This document shows positions 1 through 13,200 of a DNA stretch of 64,000 nucleotides, in pieces. The position numbers and the translations under genes were made by a program. The notes below the pieces were generated by a model, which ran no database searches, was not told the DNA's origin, and saw only the letters and a program-made list of their open reading frames with translations. Positions within the stretch are counted from its first letter, which is position 1. Each line of letters opens with the position of its first letter. The stretch covers positions 1,612,001-1,676,000 of the forward strand of contig MU053758.1 in assembly GCA_013239625.1 (NCBI GenBank), in the 5' to 3' direction. This DNA is from Lama guanicoe (lineage: Eukaryota).

Positions 1-39
1 CCTAGTAGCCACATGACTCACTTTTTCACTTTCTTCAGA

Positions 40-145
40 TTTTTTTTAATAATTGGATTTATTTTTATTTTAGCGGAGGTACTGGGGATTGAAGCCAGAA
101 CCCTGTACATGCTAAGCATGTGCTCTACCACTGAGCTATACCACC
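40..145 (-). mobile_element. tRNA-Ala-derived SINE (camelid vic-1-like)
   Basis: Reverse complement reads ggtatagctcagtggtagagcacatgcttagcatg...ttcaatccccagtacctcc with an A-rich tail. Confidence 0.85.
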
Positions 146-1102
146 TGCCTGCCTCATCAGATTTTTTTAGCCTTCCCTATAATTTCAGACTTCACCCCTG
201 AAATTTCCCGCCTCCCTTCACTACTTTCTTTTCCTCCTAGCACGTCTCATGTTATACTGTTTATGCATCCATCTCCTTTCTTGCCTGTCTCACCAGCTAG
301 AATGTCAGCTCCATGAGGGCAGGGACTTCATTTGTTTGTTCGCGGCTTGACCCCTCTGGGTACCTAAAACAGTGCCTGCACTGGGGAGGCCCTGGGTCAG
401 TATTTGTGTTGTGTCATCAGGGGACAGGGGACACACTGGAAAAGGAGGAACATAGGGTTGAGAGTGATGGCCTCTCCATTAGTGTCCAGCCTCAGGACCT
501 GGGGAGACACAGGATCAGTTCTGAAATGGCCTGAAGTATTTTTGATTATGGATGGGCTGGAAAAGTCATCTTGATTTCAAGCTCTTGATATCTTTGGTTC
601 ATTTAACACCTGGATACTGTCACTTGGGTTATTCCTTATCATTTCCTCTGCTTACTCAACTCTCCTTGACCTTCATCTCTATTGTTGGAGTCCTGCTGAC
701 ACTCTCACTTCCTCTGTTTAACTCCTTGTGGACATGACAACGGCTCCACTAACTCAGTCTTTGTTGATAGTCCCACTTCCCCTGTTTATGTAACTTCATG
801 TGGACACAGTCACTTCCTCTGTTTCCTTAATTCCTTCAAGTCTATAAACTTAAGCGTGGTGAGGCATGTGGTCTGCAGGTCATAGCTTTTCCTCCTTTCT
901 GGCTTCCCATTACATCTGTCTGTCTCATGACCTCAACACAAGTGGTTCAGAGAGGGCAAGCAAGGCCCATGAGGCCACACAGCACAGCAGAGTGTCGCAC
1001 AGGCATACGCCAGGCCTGTGTGGCTGCAAGTGTTCCATGGGGCTTCTGAGATGCTGGTACTGTGGGAGCCACCCTAAATTTCCCTCTGTTGTCTCTCTGC
1101 AG

Positions 1103-1246
1103 TCCTTGGATAGCTGGGGCACTTCTGAAGATGCTGACGCTCCTTCCAAGCGACATTCAACCTCCGACCTCTCGGACGCGACCTTCAGCGATATCAGGAG
1201 AGAAGGCTGGTTGTATTATAAGCAGGTCCTCACCAAGAAGGGGAAG
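1103..1246 (+). CDS. ARHGAP23: ARHGAP23 exon, SLDSWG...[16 protein letters not shown] (start of PH domain)
   Basis: ctctctgcag acceptor, AAG|gtaaga donor, 144 nt, phase 0-0. Confidence 0.95.
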
Positions 1247-4200
1247 GTAAGATGGCTGGAGGAATGAGGTGGAGGTGGATGGAAGCTGGCTCCAGCAGAA
1301 TTCTCCAGTTTTCCTACACCCACCCCACAGCCTCTGGAGCTAAGGAGAACCAGCTGAGGCTGCAGCCTGTTGGGCAGAGATTAGATGCTAGGAAGAAATT
1401 CCTGGGGGACCTAAAGAATTCGTGAAAAGGAGGTTAACCAGAGAGACGGCCTTTGCTGTGGGATGGATCTGATCAAGTTGTGCTTCGAATTCTGACAAAA
1501 CCATCCCACAGTGATCCTTGGTTGGCAGATCACCCTCAAAAAGGCCACTGGGGCTCCTGGAAAATGAGAGAGCAAGGCTGGTGTGATTCTCTTAGGGGAG
1601 CTGAGGCCCCAGAGGAAAGCAGAAGTCAGCTTTTCTTTTTTCCTTTTTTTCTTATTGAAGTATAGTTGATTTACAATGCTGTGTCAGTTTCTGGTGTACA
1701 GCATAGTGATTCAGTTATAAGGTCAGCCTTTTTAAGGCCAGCAAAGGTTTTAGGCATTATCCTAAGGGCAACTAAAAGCCCCTGGGGCCTTTTCCAGTTG
1801 GCTTCCTGGGGAGTGAATCAGAGAGGGCCAAAATGAGGTAGAAAGACAAGTTAAGGGCCGCCACAGAGCTCCAGGTGAGAGATGAAGGGGGCTGGGCCTG
1901 GGGCAGGGAGGCAAGCAGGATCCCAGGGGGAGAAGGCAGGGCCCCTGTGTCCATGGAGTATGAATCCCTGGTACCAGGCAGCACCATGGGCCGAGGAAGA
2001 GGGTGGAGGAGGCAGCCAGCCAATGCTGAGCAGAGCGGTTAGCATAAACCTGGGCGTGGCTCTTGACTGTGGCACAAATTACTGGGGGAGCCTGGGTGGC
2101 TCACTTACCTGTGACTCAGTTTCCTTGTCTGTAAATGGAGCTAATAATAATCCCCAGCTCGCACAGCTTTGCTGAGGATGAAATCAGATGATCTAAACAA
2201 AAGAATTTTCCCAGAGCCTGGCACTGAGGAGCTGCTATTCTGTTTACTGCTATTATTTGAATTTTCTACCTGCCTTCTAAGGGGCCTTGTACATGAACAG
2301 AACAGAAGCTTTGAAGTCACACAGACTTGGACTTCCTGCCCAGCCACTTATCAAGCATAAGGCTTTGGGAAACCCCTTTAACCTCTGAGCCTCACTCTTT
2401 TGATCTGTAAGATGGGGCCAGTGTGAGGGTGACATGAGATGTATAGCCCAGGCTAGGCTGTCACTCATCTGTGCCCTGGTCCAGCCCGCGGATGGTGACT
2501 TACGGCCTGCCCGGCTCCAGTTCTCGGTGGAGGTTCCAGGGATTTAGTGACAAGGGAGCCAGGCCAGCTCTGCCCTGCTGGGGCTTGTGCTGAGCAGAGA
2601 AAGCACATGTTGTGTAACAGTCACCAGTGCTCAACCGTGCTGACGGGGAGGTCAGGGGAGCAGCCTAGAGTAGCAGCACATGACCCTGACCTCAGCGGGG
2701 TGGGAGAGGGTGTTTGGAAGGTTGAGACGTGAGGCATGTATGGGAGGGAGCCGGATGGGCTGATGGGGAGATGCCCTCCTGGACAGTCTAGGAGAAAGGT
2801 GGGAAAGGGTGCTGGGCAGCTGGGAACCAGGGCAAGAGATGGAAGCCGAGGTGGGGAGCTTGGCGCCTGCATGCAGGCCTCGTCACTCAGGGTCAGCCTT
2901 TGCGGGGGTTTAAAGGAGGGTGGGTGGTGGGAGGTGTGTGAGCCCAGGAGGCAAGTGTTGCATCTGTGACAGGAGGAGACAATGCCATTGCCGTTGTCCA
3001 GGTGAGCGAGGCGGGTGGGGCCTGTCCTGGGTTGTGGTGTGGTGCCAAGGGGAGGGGATGATTAGAGAGATTCAAGGGGGAAGCAAAGCCTGGGCCGGCC
3101 AATGGCTGGGAGGTGAGGGAGGATGGAGGCAGTGGTGGGACCCTCCCCTGAGCCACAGAGCACTGGAGGGGCAGGTTCGGGGAGAGGAAGCCAAGTGGTT
3201 CCTCTGAGGCCTTGTGGAGTCCAAGGGCACTGGGACGTACCCTGGTGGAGGTGTCCTAGTGACAGAGGCTCCAGGGGTGTGGCACTGGGAGGGAATCCCA
3301 CCTGGGAAGGGTATTTGTCCATCAGAGTGGACCCAAGCACCCGCAGCCATGGGTGGGTGGCAGGAGACAGGGAGGAAGTGGGGAGATGGAGCCCAAGGAG
3401 GAGAGCTGGCAAGATGGCAGCCAATCAGGACAGGGGAGGCAGGAAGGGTGGCGGGGCCAGCTGTGTGAGTGGAGGAGGGGGGGCCAGGTGAGGACAAACC
3501 CTTATACCCAAGGTTTAAGCCCTTCAGGGGGCCTGTGAGAACTGCTGACTCCTGCCTGCCACGTAGCCTGTCCTCCAGCATTGGGGGGGCCTTGGGCAGC
3601 CCAGCTGCAGTGTCTCCTGGGCAGGGGGAGAGCTGGCCCTTTCCCTTCCTGCTCACTCACCAGTTCTGGAGGAGAGGGCCTTCCTGTCCCATCTTGGTCC
3701 CTTGGTGTCGGGGCCTGGGAGTTAGTGGGGGAGCCTCAAGTCACCCTCAGGCCCTGAGTCTATCCAGGGTCCTGATCGCCAGCTAGATGTCTGTTCCCGC
3801 AAGGCCAGCCTCCTCCCACCCTCAAGCGCCTGGCCTCTTTCAGAGGCCACTGACTGTATGGCAGAGGAGGGGGTGTGTGGGTGTGACATGTCCCTGCAGC
3901 CACAGACCCAGCATTTGAGCTGAATGTGACCTCAGAGATCAGCTAGCTCACCTCTCATTTTACCAACAGGGAACACTGATGCTGGGGACGGGGACTAAAC
4001 TTGTCCAAGGTCATCTGGCTGGTTCAGTCTCAAATGGGTATCCTTTTCACCACCTCACTGTGACACTAAACCTCTCCTGGAGGGCTCTGCTGTCTCCTGC
4101 TCTGAACATCCCTGCCAGGGTCCAGCAGGTCTGTGGTGGCGGTGCTCACCTGCCAGTCATGAAGTTTCCTCATCCGGTTTGCTCTGACGACTGAGGCTCA

Positions 4201-7200
4201 TGCTGGGTGTGGAGTAGTAGGGGGGCCATCAGCCAGAGGAGAGGAGCCTCGATCTGACGGGGGTAATGGAGCTCTTGCCTGCAGGGTGTTCTGAGGATGA
4301 TTGATTCATTTATTCAGTAAATATTGATGAGCACTTACCTGTGCCAGCGGGGCTCTAGGCTCTGGAATATGGAAGGGAGAGGGCAGACAAGCTCCCTGCC
4401 CCAGGAGCTTCCTAGATACTGGAGAAATCCACCCACAACCAGGAACTTGAGATTGCAGTGAGCACTCAGGGAAGATGAACAGAGTGATGTAATTGCCTTT
4501 AAGTTGGGAGAAAGTGGGGAGCTGCCACTGGGGGAAAAATGCTTAGAGAAGGCCTCGCTGAGGAAGTGATGTTGGTGACACTTGAGCTCAGACCTTAAGG
4601 GCAAGAAGGAGGCAACCACACGAAGCAGTGGGAAAAGGGGCTCTAGGCAGAAGGAACAGCAAGTGCAAAGGCCCGGGGAAAGGAAAGGCTTGACTTGTTC
4701 GCAGAAAAAGGCCCCTGTGGCTTGATGTAGTGAGAAAGAAAGAGGGAGAGAAGGTGGAGGAGGGAGGGACCTGATCACAAAAGACCGTAGATTTGACTCC
4801 AGGGGCAGTGGGAAGCCATGAGAGATTCCAAGCAGGGGAGAGACGGAACCTCGTTTACATTTTTTAAATGGTCGCTGCAGCTGCTGCGTGGAGAATGGAT
4901 TGTGGGAGGGAGAGCGGAGACTGGGAAGGTATGTGCAGTTGTCCAGGCAAGAGGTGTGGATGGTGTGGGCAAGGTGGTAGCAGGAAAGATGGAGACAAGT
5001 GATATTTTGGAAGCAGAACAGCTGTGATTTCCTGATGGGTTGGATGTCAAGGATGAGGAACAGGGAGGAGTCAAGGGCAACTCCCAGGTTCCTGGGCAAC
5101 TGGGTGGATTTACTGAGCTGGCAAAGATGAGGGTGGGGGTAGAGCACAGGTTTGATGGTGAAAATCAAGTGCCCCGTAGTGAGCAAGTAGCATCTGATGT
5201 GCCCATGGGACCTACAAGTGGAGACACTGAGGAGACAACGGGAGGTACTGGAGTGTAGCTCGGGGGAGATTCTGGGCCAGGGGTACATTTGGGTCACCAT
5301 CAGCAAACAGAAGGATTTAAAGGCACGAGTGTGGATGGTGTCATGGGGGAGGCATGCAGGGAGACAGGGGCCCAGGACAAAATTCTGGAGCTCCGTCTCC
5401 TTTAGGGCAGGGACTCTTGGCCTCAGCTCTGTTGACATTTTGGGCCAGGTGATTCTCAACTATGGGACTGTCCTGGGTATCGGGCACGTTTAGCAGCATC
5501 CTCAGCCTTCACCTACTAGCTGTCATAGCACTTCCCCAGGTGTGATGACCGAAAATGTCTCCAGACAAATGTCCCCTGGCTGTGCTTTGCCCTGGTTGAG
5601 AACTACTGGTGGAGAGGATGTTGGGAGAGGCGGGACCAGAGGAGGAGCCAGTGGAATTAGGAGGAAAACCAGGACCAGAAGGTCCTGGATGCTAAAAGAG
5701 AGTTTTGGAGAGGGAAGGAATGACCACTGGCTAGCTCAGATGCCAAGAGGCTAAACAAAGGGCGGAGGAGGGTCTAGAAGCCGCCATTGGCTTTGACAAA
5801 ATGGGGGCTGGGTGACCTGGTGAGCCACTTCCGGGGAAGGGGATACTGAGGAGAGTCTTGAGTGAGAGGCAGCTTTTGACCAGTTTTGCCATGAAGGGGA
5901 ACAGTACCATGGACCAGGAATGGCTTAGGAGGATTTTATTTCTGTAAGGTGGGTGGTGCTTGGAGGGCAGCCCAACTGGCCTCCCAGTGCCCATCTCCCG
6001 ACTGATTCTCTAGGGCATTACCAAGGCCAGAGGAGTGGTGATGCTAGTATTTAAAGAGAAGCCGGGGAAGAGGGGCAGGTATAGCTCAGTGGTAGAGCAC
6101 ATAGCATGCACGGGGTCCTGAGTTCAGTTCCCAGTCCCTCCATTAAAATAAATAAATAAATAGATAGATAGATAAATAAATAAATAAATAAATAAACTTA
6201 ATTACCTTCCCCCAAACAAAAACAAACAAACAAAAAAAAAACAAAATAAAGAGAAGGCTGGGGACCCTCTCGGGGTACTGAGAACAATGGGGAGGGGTGT
6301 CCAGGCCGGTTAGGGGCGGAGAGAGTTGGGGGACTGTGGGGAGGAGGCTGCCCCACGTGCCAGAGGGTGTGGAGCAGGGGCTCCTGGTCGGCGGCAGGGT
6401 GGAGTCCCCACTGCTGTCCACTGTCTGCAGCTTCGAGGGCCCCCTTGTGGGGCGGGGAGGGCAGGCCTGGCCTCTCACCCCCTCCCTCTCCCCTCTCTCC
6501 CCCTCCCCGTGTCTCCCTGCAGAAAGCGGGCGGCGGCCTGCGCCAGTGGAAGCGGGTGTACGCCGCGCTGCGGGCGCGCTCCCTCTCGCTGAGCAAGGAG
6601 CGGCGGGAGCCCGGGCCGGCGGCGGCGGCGGGGGCGGCGGCGGCCGTCGCAGGTGAGGACGAGGCGGCGCCCGTCTGCATCGGCTCCTGCCTGGTGGACA
6701 TCTCCTACAGCGAGACCAAGAGGAGGCACGTGTTCCGGCTGACCACCGCTGACTTCTGTGAATATCTCTTTCAGGCTGAGGACCGGGATGACATGCTGGG
6801 CTGGATCAGAGCGATCCGAGAGAACAGCAGGGCCGAGGGCGAGGTGAGGGCCCGGCCCAGCCCCAGCCGGGCCAGGGAGGGCGGGGCAGGCCCCGGGCGC
6901 CTCTCACCTGCCGGGCTCCTCCCTTCACCGCTCTGAGCCTCAGTCCCCGATTGCATAAAGTGGGCTGACAAGTGTACACCTTGCAGCTGTGCCCACGTAG
7001 GGTTTGGTGTGAAAAGAAGATGCAGGGACAATGGCTCACAGAGGGCCTGGCGTCCTTAGTGTCCCATGCCTGGCAGTAACAGTAACAGCTGTAGGAATGA
7101 CAGTAATTATTATTGTGGTTGTTATGACTGCCTTGGGCAGGCTCTGGCACAGAGAGGTCAGCTCTAGGCCGGCCTCAGCCTCTTGCTGGAGGTTTGGGAG

Positions 7201-10200
7201 GCGGGGGTCTCTTATGGAATGTATTACAGAGCGAGGTGCCCCTGGGCCAGAACTGTGGCTGGCCCTTCTGACGGGGCTGGCCTGTTTGCAGGGGCACAAA
7301 CACATTGACCTTGGGAAGGGGCCAAAAGGATTGGCCTTTGGCAGCAGGCAGCGATGGCTGAGCCAAGGGCTTTGGCAGGGACTTCAGGAGAATTTTTAAA
7401 TGGCGCCCCCTCCTGGGCAGATGCAGCTGCACACCAAGGGCCTGGGCTGGAATTTCTACTTCCACTCACCCCTTCTGCCAGGTGCCTGCGCCAAGGCACC
7501 TCAGCACACCTGCAGTTATGCGAGGGTCCTGGATATGGGGGCTGGTCCAGATGTGCACCTGCTCTGGCCACGGGGAGAGGGGTGCCAGGGCACAGCCTCT
7601 GGGGACACCATCTCGCTGAACCAGGCTCTGCTCTCCCCAAGACATTGTCTTTTTCACTACAGGGAGGATAATACCTGGAATTTGGGCCCTTTTCTGATGG
7701 GACTGGCTGGATTGCCCCCAACAGGGCACAGTCAGGGGGTCCCCAGTCACCTTTGTTACTGCAGTAGCTGCCTTTCATGGGGCACCTCTGCTGTGCCTTG
7801 TCAGGTCTCTGATGAGTGCTACGTGCATAATTCTGCACCCAAACCCTGAGGTTGCCATATTATCTCCCTACGTTACGCTGAGGAGACTGAGGCTCAAAGA
7901 GGCTAAGTGGATTACCCAAGTCACCCAGCTGGTGAGGGGGTGCTCGGGAGTCCAGCCCTGGTCTTTCTCGCTCCAGGGTCTGTACCCTCCAGCTGGCAGA
8001 TGGAGGAGAGGGGAGGCGAGGCCGAGGCAGGGGCTAGAGATAAGCCCTGTGTGGGCTGGCCGTGGGCACTGATGGGGTCTGCTTTCTCTTCCCCCTCCTC
8101 CAGGACCCCGGCTGTGCCAACCAAGCTCTGATCAGCAAGAAGCTTAATGATTACCGCAAAGTGAGGTGAGGCCCAGCCCTCATGGAGCAGTCCTGGCCTT
8201 GGGGTGGGGGACACTGGCCCACTTCCAGGCCTGAGGGCAGCCCCCGAATCGCCCTCTGCTGGGAGCAGGGAGGGCAGCAGGGGCATTGAGGCCTCCAGTC
8301 CTCAGAAGGGCATGGAGAGATGGCCCCTGGGGGTGGAGGGGAGGTCCGAACTGGTGGGAGGCCAGGACAGGTGGCATGCCAGGTCACCCCGGATGAAGAA
8401 CTCTCCTGTCCTCTTTTCCTACACAGCCATAGTTCTGGGCCCAAAGCTGATTCCTCCCCAAAAGGCTCTCGTGGCCTGGGGGGCCTCAAGTCTGAGTTCC
8501 TCAAACAGAGTACGGCACGTGGCCTCAGGCCTCAGGACCAGCCTGTAGGAAGCAAGGGTAGGAAGGTGGCTGCGAAAGGGGTGGGGTACGCGCATGCATG
8601 TGGGAGGGTGGGTGGTCAGCCCTGCGGGTCTGCGTGGGAGCAGAGGGCCTCTGTGTGTGTGTGTGTGTGTGTTGAGCAGTGAGTGTACCTGTGGGTGTGT
8701 GCCAGGGTTACCCTTGTGTGTCTGCTCATGTGTGCATGCTTTTGAGGGTCTGGGGGATCTCAGGGTCTCAGGGCTGAAGGGACCTGGACCCTAATTTCTC
8801 TCTGTGACATCCCAGCTGGGTGGTCCTCCAGTCCCTGCTTGTGTCCCTTCAGAAGCAGGAGGCTTATCCTCTCTGCAGGCAGCCTTTTCCATTTTCACAC
8901 ACTTTTGGCTATTAGAAAGTTCTTCGTTTGGTTATACCAGAATCTTTGGTGCCCACCTTGTTATTTTAGCCCTTGAGGCCATATAGAAGCCTTTACATTA
9001 CTCTGAGGCCTCTCACCTCCAGGTAAACACCCTCATCCCTTGGGCCTTCTCTCTTGGGATATAATTTCCCATCCTCCCTCAGCATCCCAGTTGCTTCTCT
9101 GGAGTCCCCACATATCCAATGTGTGAATGTGGTGTGTAAGTGTGTGTGACCAAGTGTGGTAACTGTCCCTCCCTGGGCCTCCAGCTCACCCTGGCTCTCT
9201 CTGCCTCCTCCAACTCCAGATGACAGTACCACCACCCCCAAAACCCCCTGGGGCATCAACATCATCAAGAAGAACAAGAAGGCGGCCCCCCGGGCGTTTG
9301 GGGTCCGGCTGGAGGAGTGCCAGCCAGCCACAGAGAACCAGGTGGGTTCCCGCCATACTCCAGAGCCAGCAGGGAAGCGGGGAGACTGAGGCATAGAGGG
9401 TCAGAGCTGCAAGGGACTTTGGAGCTAGCTCTCCACCTCATCTTATGGACATAGCTGGGGAAACAGCCCAGGGAGGGAGCAGTAGAGCCAAGACAGAGCC
9501 CAGAATCCTGACCCCCAGCCTGTACTCCGGCTCAGACCCGGCGAGGCTTTGGTGTTATCTCTGGCCACCAGACGGGAGGCACCTAGAGCCTTTAGACCCT
9601 CCCCCGATGCTGTTCTGGCCTTGCACTGCCTCCATCCTCCAACCCACTGCTGGAGAATGTTGTTCTTTTTTTTTTGTTTTATTGAAGTATAGTTGCTGTA
9701 CAGTATTATATAAGTTACAGTGTACAATATGATTCATAATTTTTAAAAGTTGTACTCCGTTTATAATTATTATAAAATATTCTGCATATTCCCCGTGTTG
9801 TCCCCGTATATGTCCTTGTAGCTTATATGTATATATATATGTACAATTTTACCCATTCCTCTGTTGATGGACACTTAGGTTGCTTCCATATCTTGGCAAT
9901 TGTAAATAATTCTGTTATAAACATTGGGGTACATGTATCTTTTCGAATTAGAGTTTATTTTTTTGGGGATATATACCCACAAGCAGAATTGCTGGATCTA
10001 TTTTTAGTTTTTTGAGAAACCTTCATTCTGTTTTCCACAGTGGCTGCACCCATTTACATTCCCACCAACAGTGTACGAGGGTTCCCTTTGCTCTACATCC
10101 TCGCCAGCGTTAGTTATTTGTGGTCTGTTTGATGATAGCCATTCTGACAGGTGTGAAGTGATCTCTCATTATGGTTTTGATGTGCATTTCCCTGATGATT

Positions 10201-13200
10201 AGCGATGCTGAGCATCTTTTCATCTGCCTCTTGGCCATCTGCATCTCCTGTTGGGAAAAATGTCTATTCAGTTCTTCTGCCGATTTTTCAACGGGGTTGT
10301 TTGCATTTTTGATGTTGACTTGTATGAGCCGTTATATATGCTGGGTATGACTCCCTTTTTGGTCATATCATTTGCAAATAGTTTCTCCCAGAGAATGCTG
10401 CTCCTACCATAACACCCCTGCCCTGCCTGTGTCCCCAGCGCGTGCCCCTGATCGTGGCTGCATGCTGTCGCATTGTGGAGGCTCGGGGGCTGGAGTCCAC
10501 AGGCATTTATCGAGTGCCAGGCAACAATGCAGTGGTGTCCAGCCTGCAGGAGCAGCTCAACCGTGGCCCTGGGGACATCAACCTGCAGGATGAGGTGAGT
10601 GCAGCTAGGGGTTCGGTCTGTGGAAGGGGGGCCAGTGTGCTGTGTGTGTCTATTGTATGCATTGTACCCTGTGATGTGCCCGGCATTGGGCCAGGGCACC
10701 AGGATGGACAAGACGGGGCCTGCCTTTGCAGGCCAGCCCTGGGAATGGTCATCCCCCAGCTGCCTAACAGATGGATACAGTCATGGCCTGAGAGCCAAGA
10801 GGCAGAGGCTGGCGGGCAGTAGTGTTTTGGGTCTTGCGGATGAGTAGGGTTCACTAAAAGCCAGTGGAAGCCAGGAAAGGGCACCCAAGACAGAGCGAAT
10901 GGCCTGAGTAATAAAGGCTTGGGTCCCAAAGTTTTGCCAGCAGTCACCACGCCTTCTCCGTAAAGGGCCAGGTAGCAAGTATTCCAGGCTTTGGTTACCG
11001 CGTGTTTGTTGCAAACCCTCCTCCTCCTTGTCCTCTCCTTTCTTTTCTTCACAACCCTTTAAAAATGTAAAGACCATTCTTAGCTCAAGGGTCACACAAA
11101 AACAGCTCACTGGCTGGATTTGACCTGCGGGTCACGATTTGCAGACCCCTGATTAGAAGGAGAGTGTATGGTGTCTGCTGGAGCAGCCAGCAACGTGGGT
11201 GGCTGCAAAAAGGAAATGTTTAAAGCAGGAAAATAAATTACATAGAGGGGCTCTGGTTCCAGTTAAGCGCAGGCACACTCCCTCCAATCTTTCCTACTGA
11301 TTACAACTAAAAACCCTGGACAGAAGATATAAAATAACCGTCAAATAACTGAAAGGTGGATAACAGCAGACCCAAGACGTAGAGAATGCAGCGTTCCCAA
11401 GAAGATCGAGGCCATCTGATGCAAACTCCCGGAACGTCTGTCCTGTCTAAAAATGTTTCTGCGTTTTCATTACAACACGCCCTCTTCTGCTGTAGAGAGA
11501 AGTGTTAATGTCTCTAACCAATATTCCCAATCCTTTTTTTGGTATTTCCTCTAGAATTCTGCTCCATCAATCATCTCCCCTTTCTCTTGTGTTGTGAACT
11601 GAATTGTGTCCTCCTCAAATTCATATATTGAAGCCCTAACTCCCAAGATGACTATTTTTGGAGATAAGGTCCTTATGGAAGTAATGAAGTCCGAGGGTCA
11701 GGGCCCTGATATGACAGGATTAGTGACCTTTGAGACACCAGAGAGCTCCCTCCCTCTCTCTCTGTACCTCAAGAAGACACAGTCAGAAGATAACTACCTG
11801 CAAACTGGGAAGAGAGCCCTCCCCCAAAACTGAATGGGCCAGCACCTGGATCTAAGATTTCCCGGCCTCCAGAGTTGTGAGAAAACAAATTTGTTCTTTA
11901 GTCCAAAAAAAAAAAAAAAAAAAAGATGGAAAAAGGGTTTTGCATCAGGAAAAAAATAAAATTATAGCTAAAAAAAAGCTGGGGAAAATACCCAAATAAA
12001 TATTTCAGTTAAAAAAAAAGAGTTTACAGCAGGGCCAGTGGTTCTCAAACTGTGTTGCCCAGAATCCTAAGGTTCCCCAGGGGTGCTGTGGGAGGCCAGG
12101 GGCAGGTCAGGCCCCCTCCTAATCTTTGCTTGAACTAGAATAACCTGCTTTGCTCTGTTTTTTCATGTCTGTTGGGTTACATGTATGATTTTACTTGACA
12201 AAAGGGGCTCTGCTGGAAAAGAGGTTTTGGAGAACTACAAATCTGGGCAGTAAAGTCCCATAAGTCACATACTCTGAATACTCTATGTGATTCTGTAAGA
12301 CAGTCTTCCTGCCCTCAGGAAGGAAGTAGGGAGACAAGACAAGTGTGTGTAAAACAGTGGACACGAGAAAAGGCTGGTTCTCATCAAGGCCCAGATTGTG
12401 TGCTGAGGGAGAGGATGCTGGGGGCTGGAGCAGGCGGCGGGCTTCAGTGTTTGAATCTTTGAAGGATGAATAAGAAGGGTCAGGTGAACAAGAAGGCAGC
12501 CCAGGCAGGAGGTGATGGTATTTTGCAGAATCCCAGAGAAGTGTCTGAGTGTCAGGATAGAGAATGGACCCACCTCCTGGGCTTGGCAGTTGAGGTGGGG
12601 GGTGAGGCCCAGGGCAGGGGACAGAGGGCTTTTGATGGCTTTACTAAAGCCTTGGACCTTGAGCCAGTGGACAGTAGGGAATCTTTGATGGTTCTTCAGC
12701 TACATGAGTGGGGGGTTTGAGAAAATAATGCTTTAGTTTATGCCTAATGGATATGAACGAGGGAGGCCCAGAGCAGTGTGTCTAGGGAAGAAATTTCTGA
12801 TATGTTGGGTGTGGGAGGGGTCAGGAGGACTCAGTGGTCCCAGCAGGATAAGGAGGATGGGAGGAGTTGGCTGCAGGAGAGGGAGGAAGGAGGAGCCGGG
12901 AAGAGCCAAACGTTTGAGGTGGGGGCTAGTGGTATCTGTCCGAGGCAGAAGCTGGCGGGTAGGGCAGGAGAGGGAGGAGGCATCAGGTAGTGGCCCCATT
13001 GGATTTGGGATGATGGTAAATCACCCATGTCAGGGTGATGGCTTAATCAGGCACTAGACTGAGAGTAGACTGGGGATGAGGGGCAGATGCTTGTACATAG
13101 CAGGGGTCAAGGCCAGGGCAAGGCCTTGGGTTTGGCATTTGAGAGAGAAGAGCCCACCCATCAGGGCCAGGAGGGAATGGAGGGAGGTGGGCAGGAGCTG

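Noticed and set aside
2900..3800. Many overlapping 80-190 aa ORFs in G-rich intron
   Set aside because: Expected from GC content; no acceptor/donor pair in phase and no recognisable protein
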